From the human T2T-CHM13v2.0 reference genome, Homo sapiens, in the NCBI RefSeq assembly GCF_009914755.1, contig NC_060938.1: a stretch of 64,000 bases of DNA; one strand, given 5' to 3'. The notes beneath the pieces were generated by a model that worked only from the letters and a program-made list of their open reading frames with translations, made no database searches and had not been told where the DNA came from. Made by a program: the position numbers and the translations under genes. Below, one piece after another: positions 1-13,288 of the stretch. Every line of letters starts with the position of its first letter. The stretch's first letter is position 1.

Positions 1-180
1 CTCCAAAAAAAAAAAAAAAAAAAAATTAGCCAGGCATGGTGGTGCATGACTGTGGTCTCAGCTACTCAGGAGGCTGTGGTTAGGAGGATTGCTTGAGCCT
101 GGGAAGTCAAGGTTGCAGTGAGTCGTGATCGCGCCACTGCACTCCAGCCTGGGAAGACCCCATCTTGAAGAAGAAAAAAA
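1..180 (+). mobile_element. Alu right arm (AluJ-type), cut by window start
   Basis: A-rich linker then TTAGCCAGGCATGGTGG...GGAGGATTGCTTGAGCC...CACTGCACTCCAGCCTGG and short A tail; GGAGGATTGCTTGAGCC is J-like. Confidence 0.9.
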
Positions 181-2444
181 TGATTTTGACAAAATTCTTC
201 AAGTATTTAAATAACTCTCATTGTCTAATGGAATAAAGTATAAATATAGTAAATTTTGAGTTCTCACAATACTACAGTAGTATTTATGAACTTAAAAATT
301 TTTATATGTTTATATTAAAAATCAGACTGATACATTTTTAAAACTAAAATGTGCAAGATGGAAACTATGCATCAAATTTTCTCAATAAAAAAATGAACTA
401 TACACAATTATTACGAGTATAATTAACTTCAATACCTCTAATCTTAATTATAAATTTCCTCAGTTTAAAGTCACTTATTCCCAACAGATAGTTTTATCAC
501 CTCAAGAATTTAGAATTTCTTTCCCAGGTAAACTTGGGGTTATCTTCTCAGCCAAATGAGGTTCATATTTGTCAAAGATTTGGGAGTACTGTGAAGTCTG
601 CAGCTGTAGGAACCCAGGTGTTTTTTTGAATAGAGGTAGAATTCTTTTTATATTGACTATGCTCGTGAGGACCTCAAATCTATTCCTCCAAGTGAGTCCC
701 TGGGATGTAAGTTACACATTCCCTCATTCTCAAAGCTGATTTATATCGACAAACTTCACCTAAGTTGCTTCATTATTTGATTAAACCAACGAATTTATTG
801 ACTGTTTGATACTGTTATTCTTTTCAGATTTTTCCTATATATCAACACAACAACACTTGCAGATATTTATGTGATAACCCATCTCATTCTGAATATCTCT
901 TAAGTCTTTTGGTAAATTATCAAGTGAAGTTAAGGACATACATCTGTTTTATTTTAATTTAAAATATATCAATGTACAAGTATTTGCCAAAAAGCATGGG
1001 CTTTTCTTTGAATAAGGATATACTAAAAGAGTTTGTCCTTCTTGCATAAACCATAACAATGGTGCATTCTTTGTGATATTCTTTTGGAATAAGGACTTAA
1101 AAACACTTGTGAGGCAATCTGAGTTCAAGATCACTCCAGATCGTTGCAATTTCCCATCCGCATGTTTTACAACAGTTTTTCAATTTTTTTAAGTGGTTTG
1201 CTTTTATCATGTCTTTCCAAGGCATTTCAAACTTAGTTTTCCTATAAGCAATGTTTTTCTTTTTATTATCCTATTCAAGAAGTGTATATAATATTTTATC
1301 AAATTAAATAATTACAAATAAAAATCAGTAACACAACTGACTCCAGATGGTCATACATGCTAACTTACAGGAGGAGTAATGTACATGTGTATTATCAGAG
1401 AAAAGCCTTTAAGCTATGAGCACTTAATGTCTTTTGTAGAGGAAATGGAAAAATATTAACTCAAGAAGAAACAGAAAATCTGAATAACAAGTAAAGAAAT
1501 TGAATTATTAATTAAAAATCCTTCCACAAAGAAAACCCCAGGCCTGGAGGCTTCACTGTTTAATTTTATCAAATATTTCATACAAAATAATGCCAATCCT
1601 CACAAACATTTTTAGAAAATAGAGGAGGAGGCAATACTAATTAATACATTCTATGAGGTCATTACAACTGCAATATCAAAGCCAAAGAAATTGTAAGAAA
1701 TGAAAACTACAGACCAATATCTCTCATGAATATAGACAAAAATGTTCTTAATACATTATTAACAAATAGAATTCAGCAACATATAGAAAGGCTAATATAC
1801 CGTGACCAAGTGGGATTTAGTCTAGGAATTCAGGGTTGGTTTAACATTTGAAAAAATCAGTTAGTTTAATGTACCGTATTATAGGAATAAAGCACAAAAC
1901 CATATGGTGATCTCAACAGACTTAGGAAAAGCATTTGACCAAATCTAATGCCTATTCATAATAAAAACTCTTGAAAAACTGGCAATAGAGGAGAACTTTC
2001 CCCATTGGATAAAGGGTACTTATATGTTTAATAGTGAAAGACTAAAATCATTTTCCCAATTGGAAAGAAGAAAGTAAATGAGTCCTTTTAATAAGATATT
2101 AAGATACTATTAGAAGATGTGATATTGTATGTATAACATTCGAAAGAAGCCAAAACTACTAGAGCTAATAATCATGTTTACAAAGGTTGTAGGATAGATT
2201 AATATACAAAATTAATTGTATTTCTACATACTTCCCAAATTGATCTATATATTGAATGCAATCCCTATAAAAATCACAACAGGTATTTTTATATAAATTA
2301 AAAAGCTTTTTGAAAAATTTATTTGAAAATGCAAATAAAATAGCCAGAACACCTTTGTAAAAGAACAAAGTTGGAGGACTTATTTAACTAGATTTCACAA
2401 CTTATTATAAAGCTATAGCCATCAAGACAATTTGGTATTGTCAT

Positions 2445-2822
2445 TGATATGTTTGGCTGTATCCACACCCAAAATGTCATCTCGAATTTTAATCCCCATA
2501 ATCCCCACATGTCAAGGGTGAGACCAAGGGTGGAGGTAATTGGAACATGGGGGCAGTTTCCCCAATGCTATTGTCATGATAGTGAGTGAGTCTCATGAGA
2601 TCTGATGGTTTTATAAGTGTCTGGCATTTCCCCTGCTTGCACTTCTCCTTCTGGCCACCCTGTGAAGAAGGTGCCTTTTTAACCCTTCACCTTCCATCAC
2701 AATTGTAAGTTTCCTGAGGACTTCCCAGCCATGCACAACTGTGAGTCAATTAAACCCCTTTCCTTTATAAGTTACCCAGTCTCAGGTATTTTTTCATAGC
2801 AGTGTGAGAACAGACTAATGCA
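2445..2822 (+). mobile_element. THE1D-like MaLR solo LTR
   Basis: TGATATGTTTGGCTG...GAACAGACTAATGCA; perfect 5-bp TSD GTCAT at 2440-2444 and 2823-2827. Confidence 0.92.
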
Positions 2823-3079
2823 GTCATAAAGATAGGAATATAGATTAATGAAACAGAATTGAAAGTCCAGATATAAACTCATATTTATAGTTGATTAATT
2901 TTTTTAAAAGGTACCCGTTTCAATGGAGAAAGGATAATCTTTTCAACAAGTGGCACTGGAGCAATTGGATATCCACATGCAAACAACAACCAAAACAACA
3001 AAACAAAAACCAAACCAAACCAAACCAAAAAATCCTTAGATTTTTACCTCATAACATAGACAAAATTAACTCAAAAGAT

Positions 3080-3615
3080 ATCGAAAGGAGGAAAATAATT
3101 TCTTTTTTCAGTCTTCATAAATTTATAGCTGGAGCAGATTCCTGTTAATTAAAGACAGATTAACAAGAGAAAAAGAAACATTTTTATGTTTAATGCATAC
3201 TGTATGTACATCATGTGGGAGGAGCCTCTCAAAAGTCTCTCACAAGGTAGTGGCTTGGAGCTCTGCCTTAAATGGTATTTTAACAAAGAGCCATAAATTC
3301 TATAGTGATAAGACAAAGGGGTTCCTTGCAAAGGCAGAAAACCTGTGGGAAGGTAGTAAAATTTGTTCCCAGATTTTCCTAGCCCTGCTGGTGCCAGCTT
3401 CTGAGCTAAGAGCTGAGTTATGACCAATAAAGACAGAATTTCCATCTCTGTCTTCAGGAAGGAAGGAGAGGGAGCAGGTAGAAAGATATTTTGTCTTTGT
3501 GAATTGCTGTCCCCATCAGGCAAGCACAGGGAGAGGCAGATGTCCTTCTGTGTTTTAGTCTTCTTCAGCTCAACAATCTTCGGTATTTTAGAAAGAAATA
3601 TTTTGGTTTTCTTTA
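3080..3615 (-). mobile_element. ERV1-class solo LTR (MER34-group-like, subfamily uncertain)
   Basis: ~535-bp insert splitting the L1 at AAAGATA|...|ATTGACCTAAATGTAAAA; the minus strand starts TAAAGAAAACCAAAATATTTC, like the MER34-group start; TSD not resolved. Confidence 0.6.
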
Positions 3616-5130
3616 GTGTTATTGACCTAAATGTAAAATTTTTGTTGAAACAAAAAATTTCTAGGGGAAAACACAGGAGAAAATCTTCGTGCTCTGCAAA
3701 GGATTCTTAGACACAAAAGTTGGAAGAGCCATTAAACAAAAAGAAATTGCTCAATTAGATTACTTTAAAATTAGAACTTCTTGTGTTTCAAAACGTAGCA
3801 TTAAGAAATTGAAAAGACAAGTCACTTCCTGGAAAAAAATATTTGCGAATTATCTATCAGATACAGGGCTTGTATCCAGACTAAACAAAGAACTCGTGCA
3901 ACTCAATAAAAATAACAGAAACACCAAATTTACAAATGGATAGGTTCAGAAAAGATTCTAGTGAGTGTCATCTACAGGAACAGCTACCACTATGCAGTTA
4001 CAGGGATCAGCAGACACTGATGGGAGCACCTCTAGGAGCCACATAAAGACCTGCTGTTAGCAAGAGGAGCCAAGTGGAAAGCATCTTGTGAGGTTGCTGG
4101 GAGAGGCCCACAGGGGTCAATGCATGCTGTTTGTGAACAGCAGCAGGTGGTAAAAACAGATGGTGTTGAGTGCATAATGTGGGTGGGAGTACCTTCTTGC
4201 TCACACAACCCCAGCCAACTGTCATCACCATCATGGGCCATCCTCCAAGAAAAAAGGGGTGTTAGCCCCAGTTACCTATTTATGTGTGTGTGTGTGTTGG
4301 GGAGAGGAGTGGGAACACAGGGATAGTTGGTATTTTAGCATACATTTCACTGAATATAAAGAACAACAACTTCCTGCCTTGATACCAAAAGTGGTTTCAA
4401 GCCCAGAATCTCTGAGTAGATACATATATTAGGCATCTAAATACAAAACAAAACAAACAACCCCTCCCAAACAAAACAAAAAACAGTATAAATTTATGTG
4501 AGAGAAGTCTAGGACCTTTGAGTTTCAACCAAGAAACACTTCAGAAGTAGTAAATAAGTCCTGATTGTTTTTTTCTTTGTCCCATTTATTCTGCACAATA
4601 ATCTCATGGAATAGGTATATTGCAAGGCAGAAAACAGAGACTCAGGTATATAAATTAATGTATCCAGGATTGCACAAGGAGCAAAACAAAAATACAGTTT
4701 TGGTTTCCTGACTTCAAATCCTGTGCTTCCATTCTGCCAAGATCTCATATTTTTTGACAAGTAAGATCCAGGAAAGATAATTTCATGTTTCTTAGCAACA
4801 CACAAATTGGAAATGGTACCTTTAGCCTTGGCAAGACATATAGTGGCACCCCAGTGGGAGTGGGCCTTCTGGGATTCTTTTTTGTGCTTGTGAATAAGAC
4901 ATGATGTTTATATTTTGGAAAAGTCTTTCTGAGCCCCAATTTTCTCTAGAAAATGAAGATAAATTATATTTTACATTAATTAATTAATTATTTTCTGTCT
5001 CCTTTACTAGAATGTCACCTATATGAGAACAGGATCTTTACCCTATTCCCTTCCCATAGCACTGAATAAGGACATTTTGTAAATATTTGTTGAATTTGTG
5101 AAATAAATGACTATACTTTGTACTTGTCAC

Positions 5131-6138
5131 TGTTACAGTAGGTAGCTAGTCAGACATGAGCGGGGCAGGAGAGAGGTGTCATGAAACCATCAGGTGACAG
5201 TCAGGTGGTTGTAAAAATATCTCTCTAACATAATAATTGGTCACAGCCCATGCCAGGGAAAGGCAGATTCCCAATAGACAGAAAGAAAACCCCGAAACTG
5301 GTAATCAGCAGCTTCCCAATAAGATCTCAGGAGCTGAGTGAGTGGACTCAAGCATGCACATTAAGGCAAAATGTTAGAGTTTAAGTGATATATGACCTTC
5401 CTCCAGGAACAGGGAAAAACTGCCTCAAGTAAGGGAAAAATGCCTCAAGTGAGCAAGCGTACAACATCAGTAAATCCACTTGGCCCCTCCCAAGTGCTGG
5501 TAGGCCACTGCACATGTGGACAGCCCATCCCAAGGGAAGAATCAGGGTAGAAGAGAAACAGACCCCCCAAAAGCATGCCAACATATAAAACCCCAAGTCA
5601 AAGTTCAAACTATGCACTTGAGTGTCTCAAGTCGCCCACTTGTCCCTCTTCCAAGCATACTTTACTTCCTTTCACTCCTGCTCTAAATTTTTTTTTTTTT
5701 TTTTTTTTTTTGAGATGGAGTCTTGCTCTGTAGCCTGGCTGGAGTGCTGTGGCAGGATCTCTCAGTTCACTGCAACCTCCGACTCCCTGGTTCAAGCAAT
5801 ACTCCTGCCTCAGCCTCCCGAGTAGCTGGGATTACAGGTACACGCCACCACACCCAGCTAATTTTTGTATTTTTAGTAGAGACGGGGTTTCACCAAGTTG
5901 GCCAGGATGGTCTTGATCTCCTGACCTCGTGATCTGCCCTCCTCGGCCTCCCAAAGTGCTGGCATAACAGGCGTGAGCCACCACGCCTGGCCTCTAAAAC
6001 TTTTTAATAAACTTTCACTCTGATCTAAAACTTGCCTTGGTCTCTCACTCTGCCTTATGCCCCTCAGTCAAATTCTTTCTTCTAAGGAGGCAAGAATTGA
6101 GGTTTCTGCAGACCCATATGGGTTCACTGCTGCTAACA
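5131..6138 (+). mobile_element. MER50 (ERV1) solo LTR containing an Alu
   Basis: TGTTACAGTAGGTAGCTAG...GCTAACA with TGTT/AACA termini; 4-bp TSD TCAC at 5127-5130 and 6139-6142; AATAAA at ~6006. Confidence 0.88.
5688..5992 (-). mobile_element. AluS (AluSc-like) inserted in MER50
   Basis: Poly-T then full reverse Alu ending CCTGGCC; flanking TCTAAA repeated on both sides. Confidence 0.93.
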
Positions 6139-6143
6139 TCACC

Positions 6144-7204
6144 TGAGTTAGTTCTTCAGGGCTGCTGTCACAAAGTGCCACTAACAGAATGGCTTGAACA
6201 ACATGAATTTATTGCCTTATAGTTCTAGAGGCTGGAAGTCCAAGATCAAGTTGTCAGCAAGGTTGGCTCCTTCCAAGGGCGGAAGGAGAAATAGGCTCTT
6301 TGCCTATTTTCTGATAGTTTCTGATGATTTGCTGGCAATGTTTGGCATTCCTTGGCTTCTGCTGCATCACCTTGATCTCTGACTTTGTAGGAAATCAAAA
6401 TAGTTTACCTCAAAATATATTTCTTTGATATATTTCAAAATGGCTGCCACAGTACCAGCTGACTGAAATTGCCCTGCAATGCTGTCTTTTGTGGGGGAAA
6501 TTTGCATCTGTAGAAACACTCGTTAATGCAGCCAAGGCTTCCCTTTCTAGGCCTTCCCAGGATCTAGGAAAGATTAACTGAGACGATGACACCTTTTAAG
6601 GCCTGAAAAAAATGTTTTCCAACTATTCTACCTGAGGGCTACTACCTGTGAGGCTTCATCTACATAACAAGACCACCTTCGCTGGACAAGCCTCTTCCTT
6701 TCTCCCTCCCATAACATGTCTTGCCACTAAAACCTGGTTTACCAACAGAACCTGGTTTTGGGTTTTTGGCCATGCTTTTTCTCATTCTGTCTATATTCTC
6801 AAAATAATATATAAGCTTCTGTAACTTGTTGGGGAATTGAGTCTTGATTCTGAAAGCTCCCATGTATACCGTTAAATTCATGTGCCTTTTCTCTTATTAA
6901 TCAATCTGCCTCATGTCAGTGATTTTTTCAGCAAACCTTTAGGGGGCCTTGGTGCCCACAACTTAATTTCCACATGAAATTTTCCCTGTGTGTGTGTATG
7001 TGTCCAAATAGCCCTTTGTTCTAAGAAATTACAACAGTTCTATTGGATTAGGTATCCTTATAGGCCTAACCTACTCCAGAATAACTTTATTTTAACTAAT
7101 TACATCTGCAATGACCCTGTTTCTAAATAAGGTCACATTCTGAGGTTACTAGGAGTTAGGATTTCAACATATGAATTTTTGGGGACACAATTCAACTTAT
7201 AACG
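6144..7204 (-). mobile_element. MLT1C-like MaLR LTR split by an ERV1 LTR
   Basis: GGCTGGAAGTCCAAGATCAAG, GGCATTCCTTGGCTT, AATAAGGTCACATTCTGAGG, GGGGACACAATTCAAC motifs; continuous across 6386-6960. Confidence 0.85.
6386..6960 (+). mobile_element. MER34-group ERV1 solo LTR
   Basis: TG...CA termini (TGTAGGAAATCAAAATA...GCCCACA); 4-bp TSD ACTT at 6382-6385 and 6961-6964. Confidence 0.8.
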
Positions 7205-7339
7205 TCACACAAACACACAACTGAGTAAAATATAGTCCTTGCCCTTGAGGCCCTCACAAAGTTCCGAAACATGACCTAAGAAGCAGTTCATAGGTTTCAA
7301 GTAACAAATGGATTTTGTGCAGTTAGAGGACCTTTTAAA

Positions 7340-7540
7340 ATTTTAAAGTAGACTTTAATTTTCAGAGTAGTTTTAGGTTCACAGCAAAATTGAGAGGAAG
7401 TTTTAGAAATTTCCATGTATCCACTCCCCCCACACATGCATAGACTCTTATGTTACCAACATCCTTCACCACAGTGGTACATTTGTTATAATGGATGAAC
7501 GTATATCATTATTACTGAAAGAATATAGTCTACATTAAGG
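7340..7540 (-). mobile_element. L1MC-type 3' end fragment
   Basis: GTTTTAGGTTCACAGCAAAATTGAG...GTGGTACATTTGTTA, typical L1M 3'UTR. Confidence 0.7.
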
Positions 7541-8456
7541 CCTGCCTAATTGAAACAGAGTTTTGAACTGATTTGGTTTTTACATTTTAGGAGAGAAAAG
7601 CAAGTGGCAGATTATGAGGTGAAAAGTATAATACATCAATGCTTATTTTGAAAATAGGCATTGTTAGGTTAAAATGAAATGTGCACATGGGACTGAATGC
7701 TCCTAAGTTCCTTTTCCTTAACAAAGGAAAAATGCATCTAATTCAAATTGATACAATTTTGGAAATAACCATGGTTACTAAAATGGATGCACTTTACACT
7801 GATTGAGAGAAAGCATTATGACAATAGCTGCTCTTTTCACAAGAGCAAATCTCTTCATGCAACTAAAAATTAAAGAGTCAGCCTATGATTTTAAGCAACA
7901 AATTTCAGCCTGAGACTATTCATTTAAGCTAAGCAACATGAGGGCTGCTGAGATTTGGTAAACACACAGACATGTACTTCAATGAGGGAACTGTGTGATG
8001 AAAGCACGACACAATGGTTTAGAGAAGCGGAATAATATGTTTTTATTTAGTACATTTATTAGATATGGATCTAGAGAATGGGATGATATCACTAATTTCA
8101 GACATAAAGACTGTTAGACATAAAGAAACCTGAAGTTCTATTAACTGAGTTGTTGTCCACCATTATTACCACAGGGTATTGATTTTGGGAATATCCACAA
8201 ACTACAAATACATTTTGTGAAAGAAAACTGACGTTTATTACTCTTAATGAGTTTCCAAAAGTCTGGGGTTGTATAAAAGTGAAATTCTTGTAGTTGAAGG
8301 TGATGCTATCACAGAGCCAGGGCCTCTGGAGCTCTGTGGCTTTCTCTGGCTTCCTGAAGGCCAGGGGCACAGGTCACAGCCATCCAGACCACACTGGCTG
8401 CTTTGCTTGAGTTTATACCTCACTTGTGGTGAAAGTCATTACCTTATGTTAGCATC

Positions 8457-8680
8457 TGTATTAGTCTGTTCTTGCACTGCTATAAAGAAATACCTGAGAC
8501 AGGGTAATTTATAAAGAAAAGGGGATTCATTGGCTCATGATTCTGGAGGGTGTACAGGAAGAATAGCGGCTTCTGCTTCTATGCTTACAAACATGGCAGA
8601 AGGCAAAGTGTAAAATTATGGCAGAAGGCAAAGGGGAAGCAGGCATATTTTTACATTGCTGGAGCAGGAGCAAGAAGAGA
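8457..8680 (-). mobile_element. Truncated MST MaLR LTR
   Basis: TGTATTAGTCTGTTCTTGCACTGCTATAAAGAAATACCTGAG...; internal repeat of ATGGCAGAAGGCAAAG. Confidence 0.8.
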
Positions 8681-8875
8681 TGCGTCAAATAGGATGCAAA
8701 TACAGAGTGTTGTTTGATTTTTCGTGTCTTTATTTAATAACTTTTTCAGCAAATATGCATTGAGTGCTATCTATGCACTATCTTCTTTGAAAATCTTTCT
8801 TACTTAATTTTAGGGAACTCTCCTAACATGATAGGAGGATGTATTTTAAATACTAGTCACAATGCACATGCTAGA

Positions 8876-8878
<3 letters not shown>

Positions 8879-8906
<28 letters not shown>
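8879..8906. repeat. (TA)14 microsatellite
   Basis: Direct reading. Confidence 0.95.
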
Positions 8907-8910
<4 letters not shown>

Positions 8911-9069
8911 ATTGACCACTTTGTACTTCTAAAAATAACACTTTTATAAGTTTTGGTATGCACACATACATATACACAGGACTGCAGCTATACAAAATTT
9001 TGCATTTACAGCCATGGTTTATTTTATGTTTGTTGCTTATTTCTATTATTTTCACAATTATTTGCATTA

Positions 9070-9382
9070 TGGCTGAGTTAGCTATTGCTATGTAAAAAAG
9101 AATTACAGAATCCCAATGACATTAACAATAAACACATACTTATGCTCCAGGTCTACTGGTCTGTTTCATGTAATCTTTTAATCTCCTTGGACCAGCAGAC
9201 TCCCTGATGCATGTTCTTGTCATGGCAGTGTCAAGCTGCAAGGGGGCATGCAACACATCTTAAGGCCTAGATGTGGAATGGACGCAATGTCACTTCCAAC
9301 ACGTCATTCCATTAGCCAAAATATCCAAGACATGGATACAAAGAGGAGGTGACGAATTGAGGCCAATAATACAATCTACACC
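9070..9382 (-). mobile_element. Old MLT1 (J/K-like) LTR fragment
   Basis: GTTAGCTATTGCT...; TGTCACTTCC..CATTCCATTAGCCAAA; ends GCCAATAATACAATCTAC. Confidence 0.55.
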
Positions 9383-10687
9383 ATGGCCTAATATTAAAAA
9401 GCAATAATTTGTCTTTTTATATCACTAAAGTGTTCGAGGAAAGTGCTTTCCAATTAGGAAGGGAATCATCATCATCGTCATCACTGTTGTCATCATTATC
9501 ACCATGATATCAAACACATATCATGCCTTCCATATCCCACACACTCTTCTAAAGCTTTACATTTAATTTTTGCACCACTCCTATGACATAGTCACTAGCG
9601 CTACTTCCATTTACAGCCAAGGAAATGGAGGCACAGAGGAATTAGTAAAAATGCTAATTTTTCCTAGGAACTCAAGACTATCTGGATGAATCTCAAACTG
9701 CACTATTCTAGCACAGACTCATGTGTTGAAGGATGTGGTAATATTTAACTTCTTGTCTACCTTCAAAGTCACAGAGAGAATAAAAAGCTCTACAATGGAG
9801 TAGCCATACCACACCAGTGGGTTCTGCTAGTTACCTCTCCAATTCAGTGGCTTAGTTAATCAGATATTGTTCTGGAATGTTAGTTCATTTTACCGCCAGT
9901 AAATGAGGGAGTCGGGACCACCATTCATTATTATTCTTTTCTTTCTTAGTGATTGTTTTGTTCATCCAGTATATTTTCCTTTTAGCACACTAATGGGATT
10001 TCACTTAAACATCTTTTCTAAAGATTTTTTATGCCTTTTACATTCAATACATTAATAAATCCACTGGTACTATCTGAAGTACTTAACCCTTTATTATACA
10101 GAGCATGACAAATTTGTTCTTTGGCTATAGGAGTAACCCAGCCTAAAGAGAACCAGAAAGCCAAGGCCAGGGAAGAGTGGGGAAAAAAAATAGATTCCTA
10201 AAGCATTTCTTTCCATTTAGAATCTAGGAATGAAAACATAGGCTAAATCTGGTCCACTTTGAGAAATTACCCTCAGTAGTTTATTTAAAAAAACAACAAG
10301 GCTTCAAAGGAGTATGTGAGAATACATAGATTCACATTTTTTGGTATGTCTTTATATATCATCAATTTTATGGGATTTTAAAAGTCCTCTAATTCAGTTT
10401 TAGATGTGATTCTCAAACTTTTTGACTCAATTTTTGTTCCTATATATCCCGTGTATTCAAAGTTTTTCGCTGCATGTATTAAGTTATATCTTCCCCCTGT
10501 TATTTTCATTCATAGGCATTTAAGAATTATTTATACATTCAGGAATTAGGAAAACACTTGCTAATTTGTTCAGTAACAGGCATGTTGCTCAGCATGCTCT
10601 GTATGCCAGGGGCTGAGCTGGCTGCTAGAGTCACCAAGTGCACAAGGCTCAGGTTCCTTTTTTCCAGAGAAGTGTTTTAGGACTTAC

Positions 10688-10744
10688 CTTGGAATCTGAC
10701 CTTGATGCTCCAGTCATTTGCAGGTTGGATAACATAGACTTCAC
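10688..10744 (-). other. Candidate 57-nt exon of an unidentified minus-strand transcript
   Basis: Minus strand: TTCCCTTTCAG|GTGAAG...TCCAAG|GTAAGTC; length is a multiple of 3 and two frames are open. Confidence 0.4.
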
Positions 10745-13129
10745 CTGAAAGGGAATGCTGTGATGTTTTATAATAGCAAGCAAGAGTTACTCTTTTCAGG
10801 CTCTTCCCAAACCATAAACAACATGCCACTCACTAGACATGTTTAGCAAATGCATTTGATAATGATATCATTTTGGAGAGTTTTCCTATTTGAAATCTTT
10901 TGGCTTCTCAGCTTTAACTGCAGTGATAGCTACTGGATTACAAGGTAGCGTTTCATGACAAGGTGGAAATGCTCTCTGATGAATACCTGTGTCCCCCACA
11001 ACACTAAGCTAGACAGCAGAAGGAGGAAGACAAATGCTGAGTGAGGCTGGGCACAGCCTTGCCTTTTCCTTGGCACTGATTTGCTTTGGTAAAACAGACA
11101 TCATTTTTAAAATTCAAAACTATTTATTGACTTCTTATTGTAGACTGGACACTGAGGTAAACATTGGAGATAAAAAAGGGAAAAAGAGGTGTGATTCTTG
11201 ACTTCCTGGAGCTTTCACTAAGGGCTAGAGAGGAGGGGGAAGGTAGCAGTTACTAAGTAAATAAATGGACACATAAATAAAACAGTTTTAAATTGTGATC
11301 TATGTAAAGAGAAACCAAAGGGGCTATGATATGGGATAATTGGCCAGGGAGAGCCAAAGGGGGATCCTTGCTCCTGGTGCTTGCTTCTTAGGGGTCTGTG
11401 AATGACGCCCCTCCTCGTGCTCAGATAAGAAATCACCTAAAATAGTTGCTTTAAAAAATGATGGATGAAACAATGGTTCATGCATGAGGTTCTCTGGAGA
11501 CCTTGACATTCTGCTCTCTTAAGTCCCAAACAGAGGAAGCCTTGGCTTTCCTGCAAAAGAGTAATGCATTCTGAGGTCCTGTTGAGCTGACAAATAGCTT
11601 TTCTTCAATTTAAATAACTTATGGTATAGAGACAATGACTTCTGTGGAAATGTTTCTGAAAGCTCAATTATTAAAAGAAAAATTACTCACAGCTAGAACA
11701 TGTTTTTAGTTTTTAATATGTTTGCATGTGTCCCATACTGAACTAGTGTTACACAAATACTCCTATACTGATCACATAATAACATAATATTAACATGAGT
11801 AATTAATTGTTCCTATCATTATGAGCAACTTGGTTTAGGTTAATTAGCACAATGCTAAACACATAGAAGGTATTTTAAAATATTTGTTTGTTGAGTGCTG
11901 TGACACCTGAAGAACTTGAAGAATGAAACCAATGTACTTTAGCCCAGACCCATCGTGGCTGGATAAGTTCCCAGTAAACTGCCTTTCTGCCAATTCTTCT
12001 CTAAGAGATTTCTTTAAACAAGTAGTGCACGTACACACACATACTGTTTTTCAGGAATATCTGTATTACCTACAAAATCAGAAAATTTAGAGCAAAATTT
12101 AAGACAATTTTTAAAACATAGATGAGCTGATTTTATAAACCTCTCTCTTCTAGAAGGTGGATTTTAGCATATTGCTTACAGTGAGAGCCACTGAGCTATG
12201 CCGATAGGTGGTCGCATGCTATCCTGCCTACTGAGTGTTGACTGATACACAGCCAACTGGACAGGACAGGGCAGGATGGATCAGGTTGTGGAAGCCAAAC
12301 TATGAACCCACACCCACCCTTTCCTTGCCTGAACACAAGGCTAGAAGTGGATAGCCTCACTAAAGGAACAGAGCTTGTCTGCCTTGGGTCTAACCAAGGT
12401 GAAGGAATAAGCTTGGCAGAGTTTTCCCACCTGTGAAGTGGGTCTACAGATTATCAAATCCTGTGTCTCCCCTCACCTACCTCTAGTAGAGTCATTGACA
12501 GAATACCTCTTTCTTGCTCTATCATTAGCCCAGGGTGACTTGTAGAAGCACTGGCTTTTCAATAGCTAGAACAAAAGAAGGATGGAAATGGGAGTTGCAA
12601 AGAAATATCCTGATAATGTTTTTATTTCCTTCCTCCCTTCTTCTCATCCTCTCTCCTTTATTTCCTACCTTTCCTCATTTTTGCAAAAGCATGGCGTACC
12701 TACTTGCTTCTGTCATCCATTGGGAATGAGCAAGGCTGCCAATGATAAGACATTTACTGGTCTATCGGACTTAGCACCTTTCTCTGATTCTGTGGCCACA
12801 CCAACACAGGGATATTCTCACTGGCTGTCCTTGGACAAATGGGCAGCAGGTCTCAGCGGCCATGTTGACTGACAATAATGCACTGGTCAGTCTCAGCTGA
12901 AAGCAACTCCCAGCAAACAGGGCCTGGGTCCAAGACAAACTTACATAATTTTCAGACTCATTGGAGGTGTATAATTAAACAGATGCTGAGGGCTGGCTTT
13001 TGACAGTTTATGTCCCTCAAGTGAGTTAACAAATAGTAAAAGCCTTCCCTGTAAAATGTAAAGTGAACCTTTTTTGCTATTCCTTTCCTTGGTCACACAC
13101 AAGCTGCAGGAGATTATAGAGATTAGTTG

Positions 13130-13288
13130 GCTAGTAGTGTTATTCAAATTTAATGCACACATAAATCACCTGGGAGTGAAGATTCTAATTCGGTAGGTCT
13201 GGGGTGAGGCCTAAGATTCTGCATGTCTAATAAGCACCCAGCTAATGCTGCTGTTGCTGCCCCAGGACCACACTTTGAGAAACAAGGG
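13130..13288. mobile_element. MER5A hAT MITE
   Basis: AATCACCTGG...GTAGGTCTGGGGTGAGGCC...ATTCTGCAT...GGACCACACTTTGAG. Confidence 0.8.

Larger units (their letters stand above)
1438..3945 (+). mobile_element. Old L1M LINE-1 ORF2 fragment, interrupted by two LTR insertions
   Basis: Decayed ORF2 motifs (AACTACAGACCAATATCTCTCATGAA, GAAAAGCATTTGAC, GGATAATCTTTTCAACAA, AAAATATTTGCGAATTATCTATC), colinear across the inserts. Confidence 0.85.
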
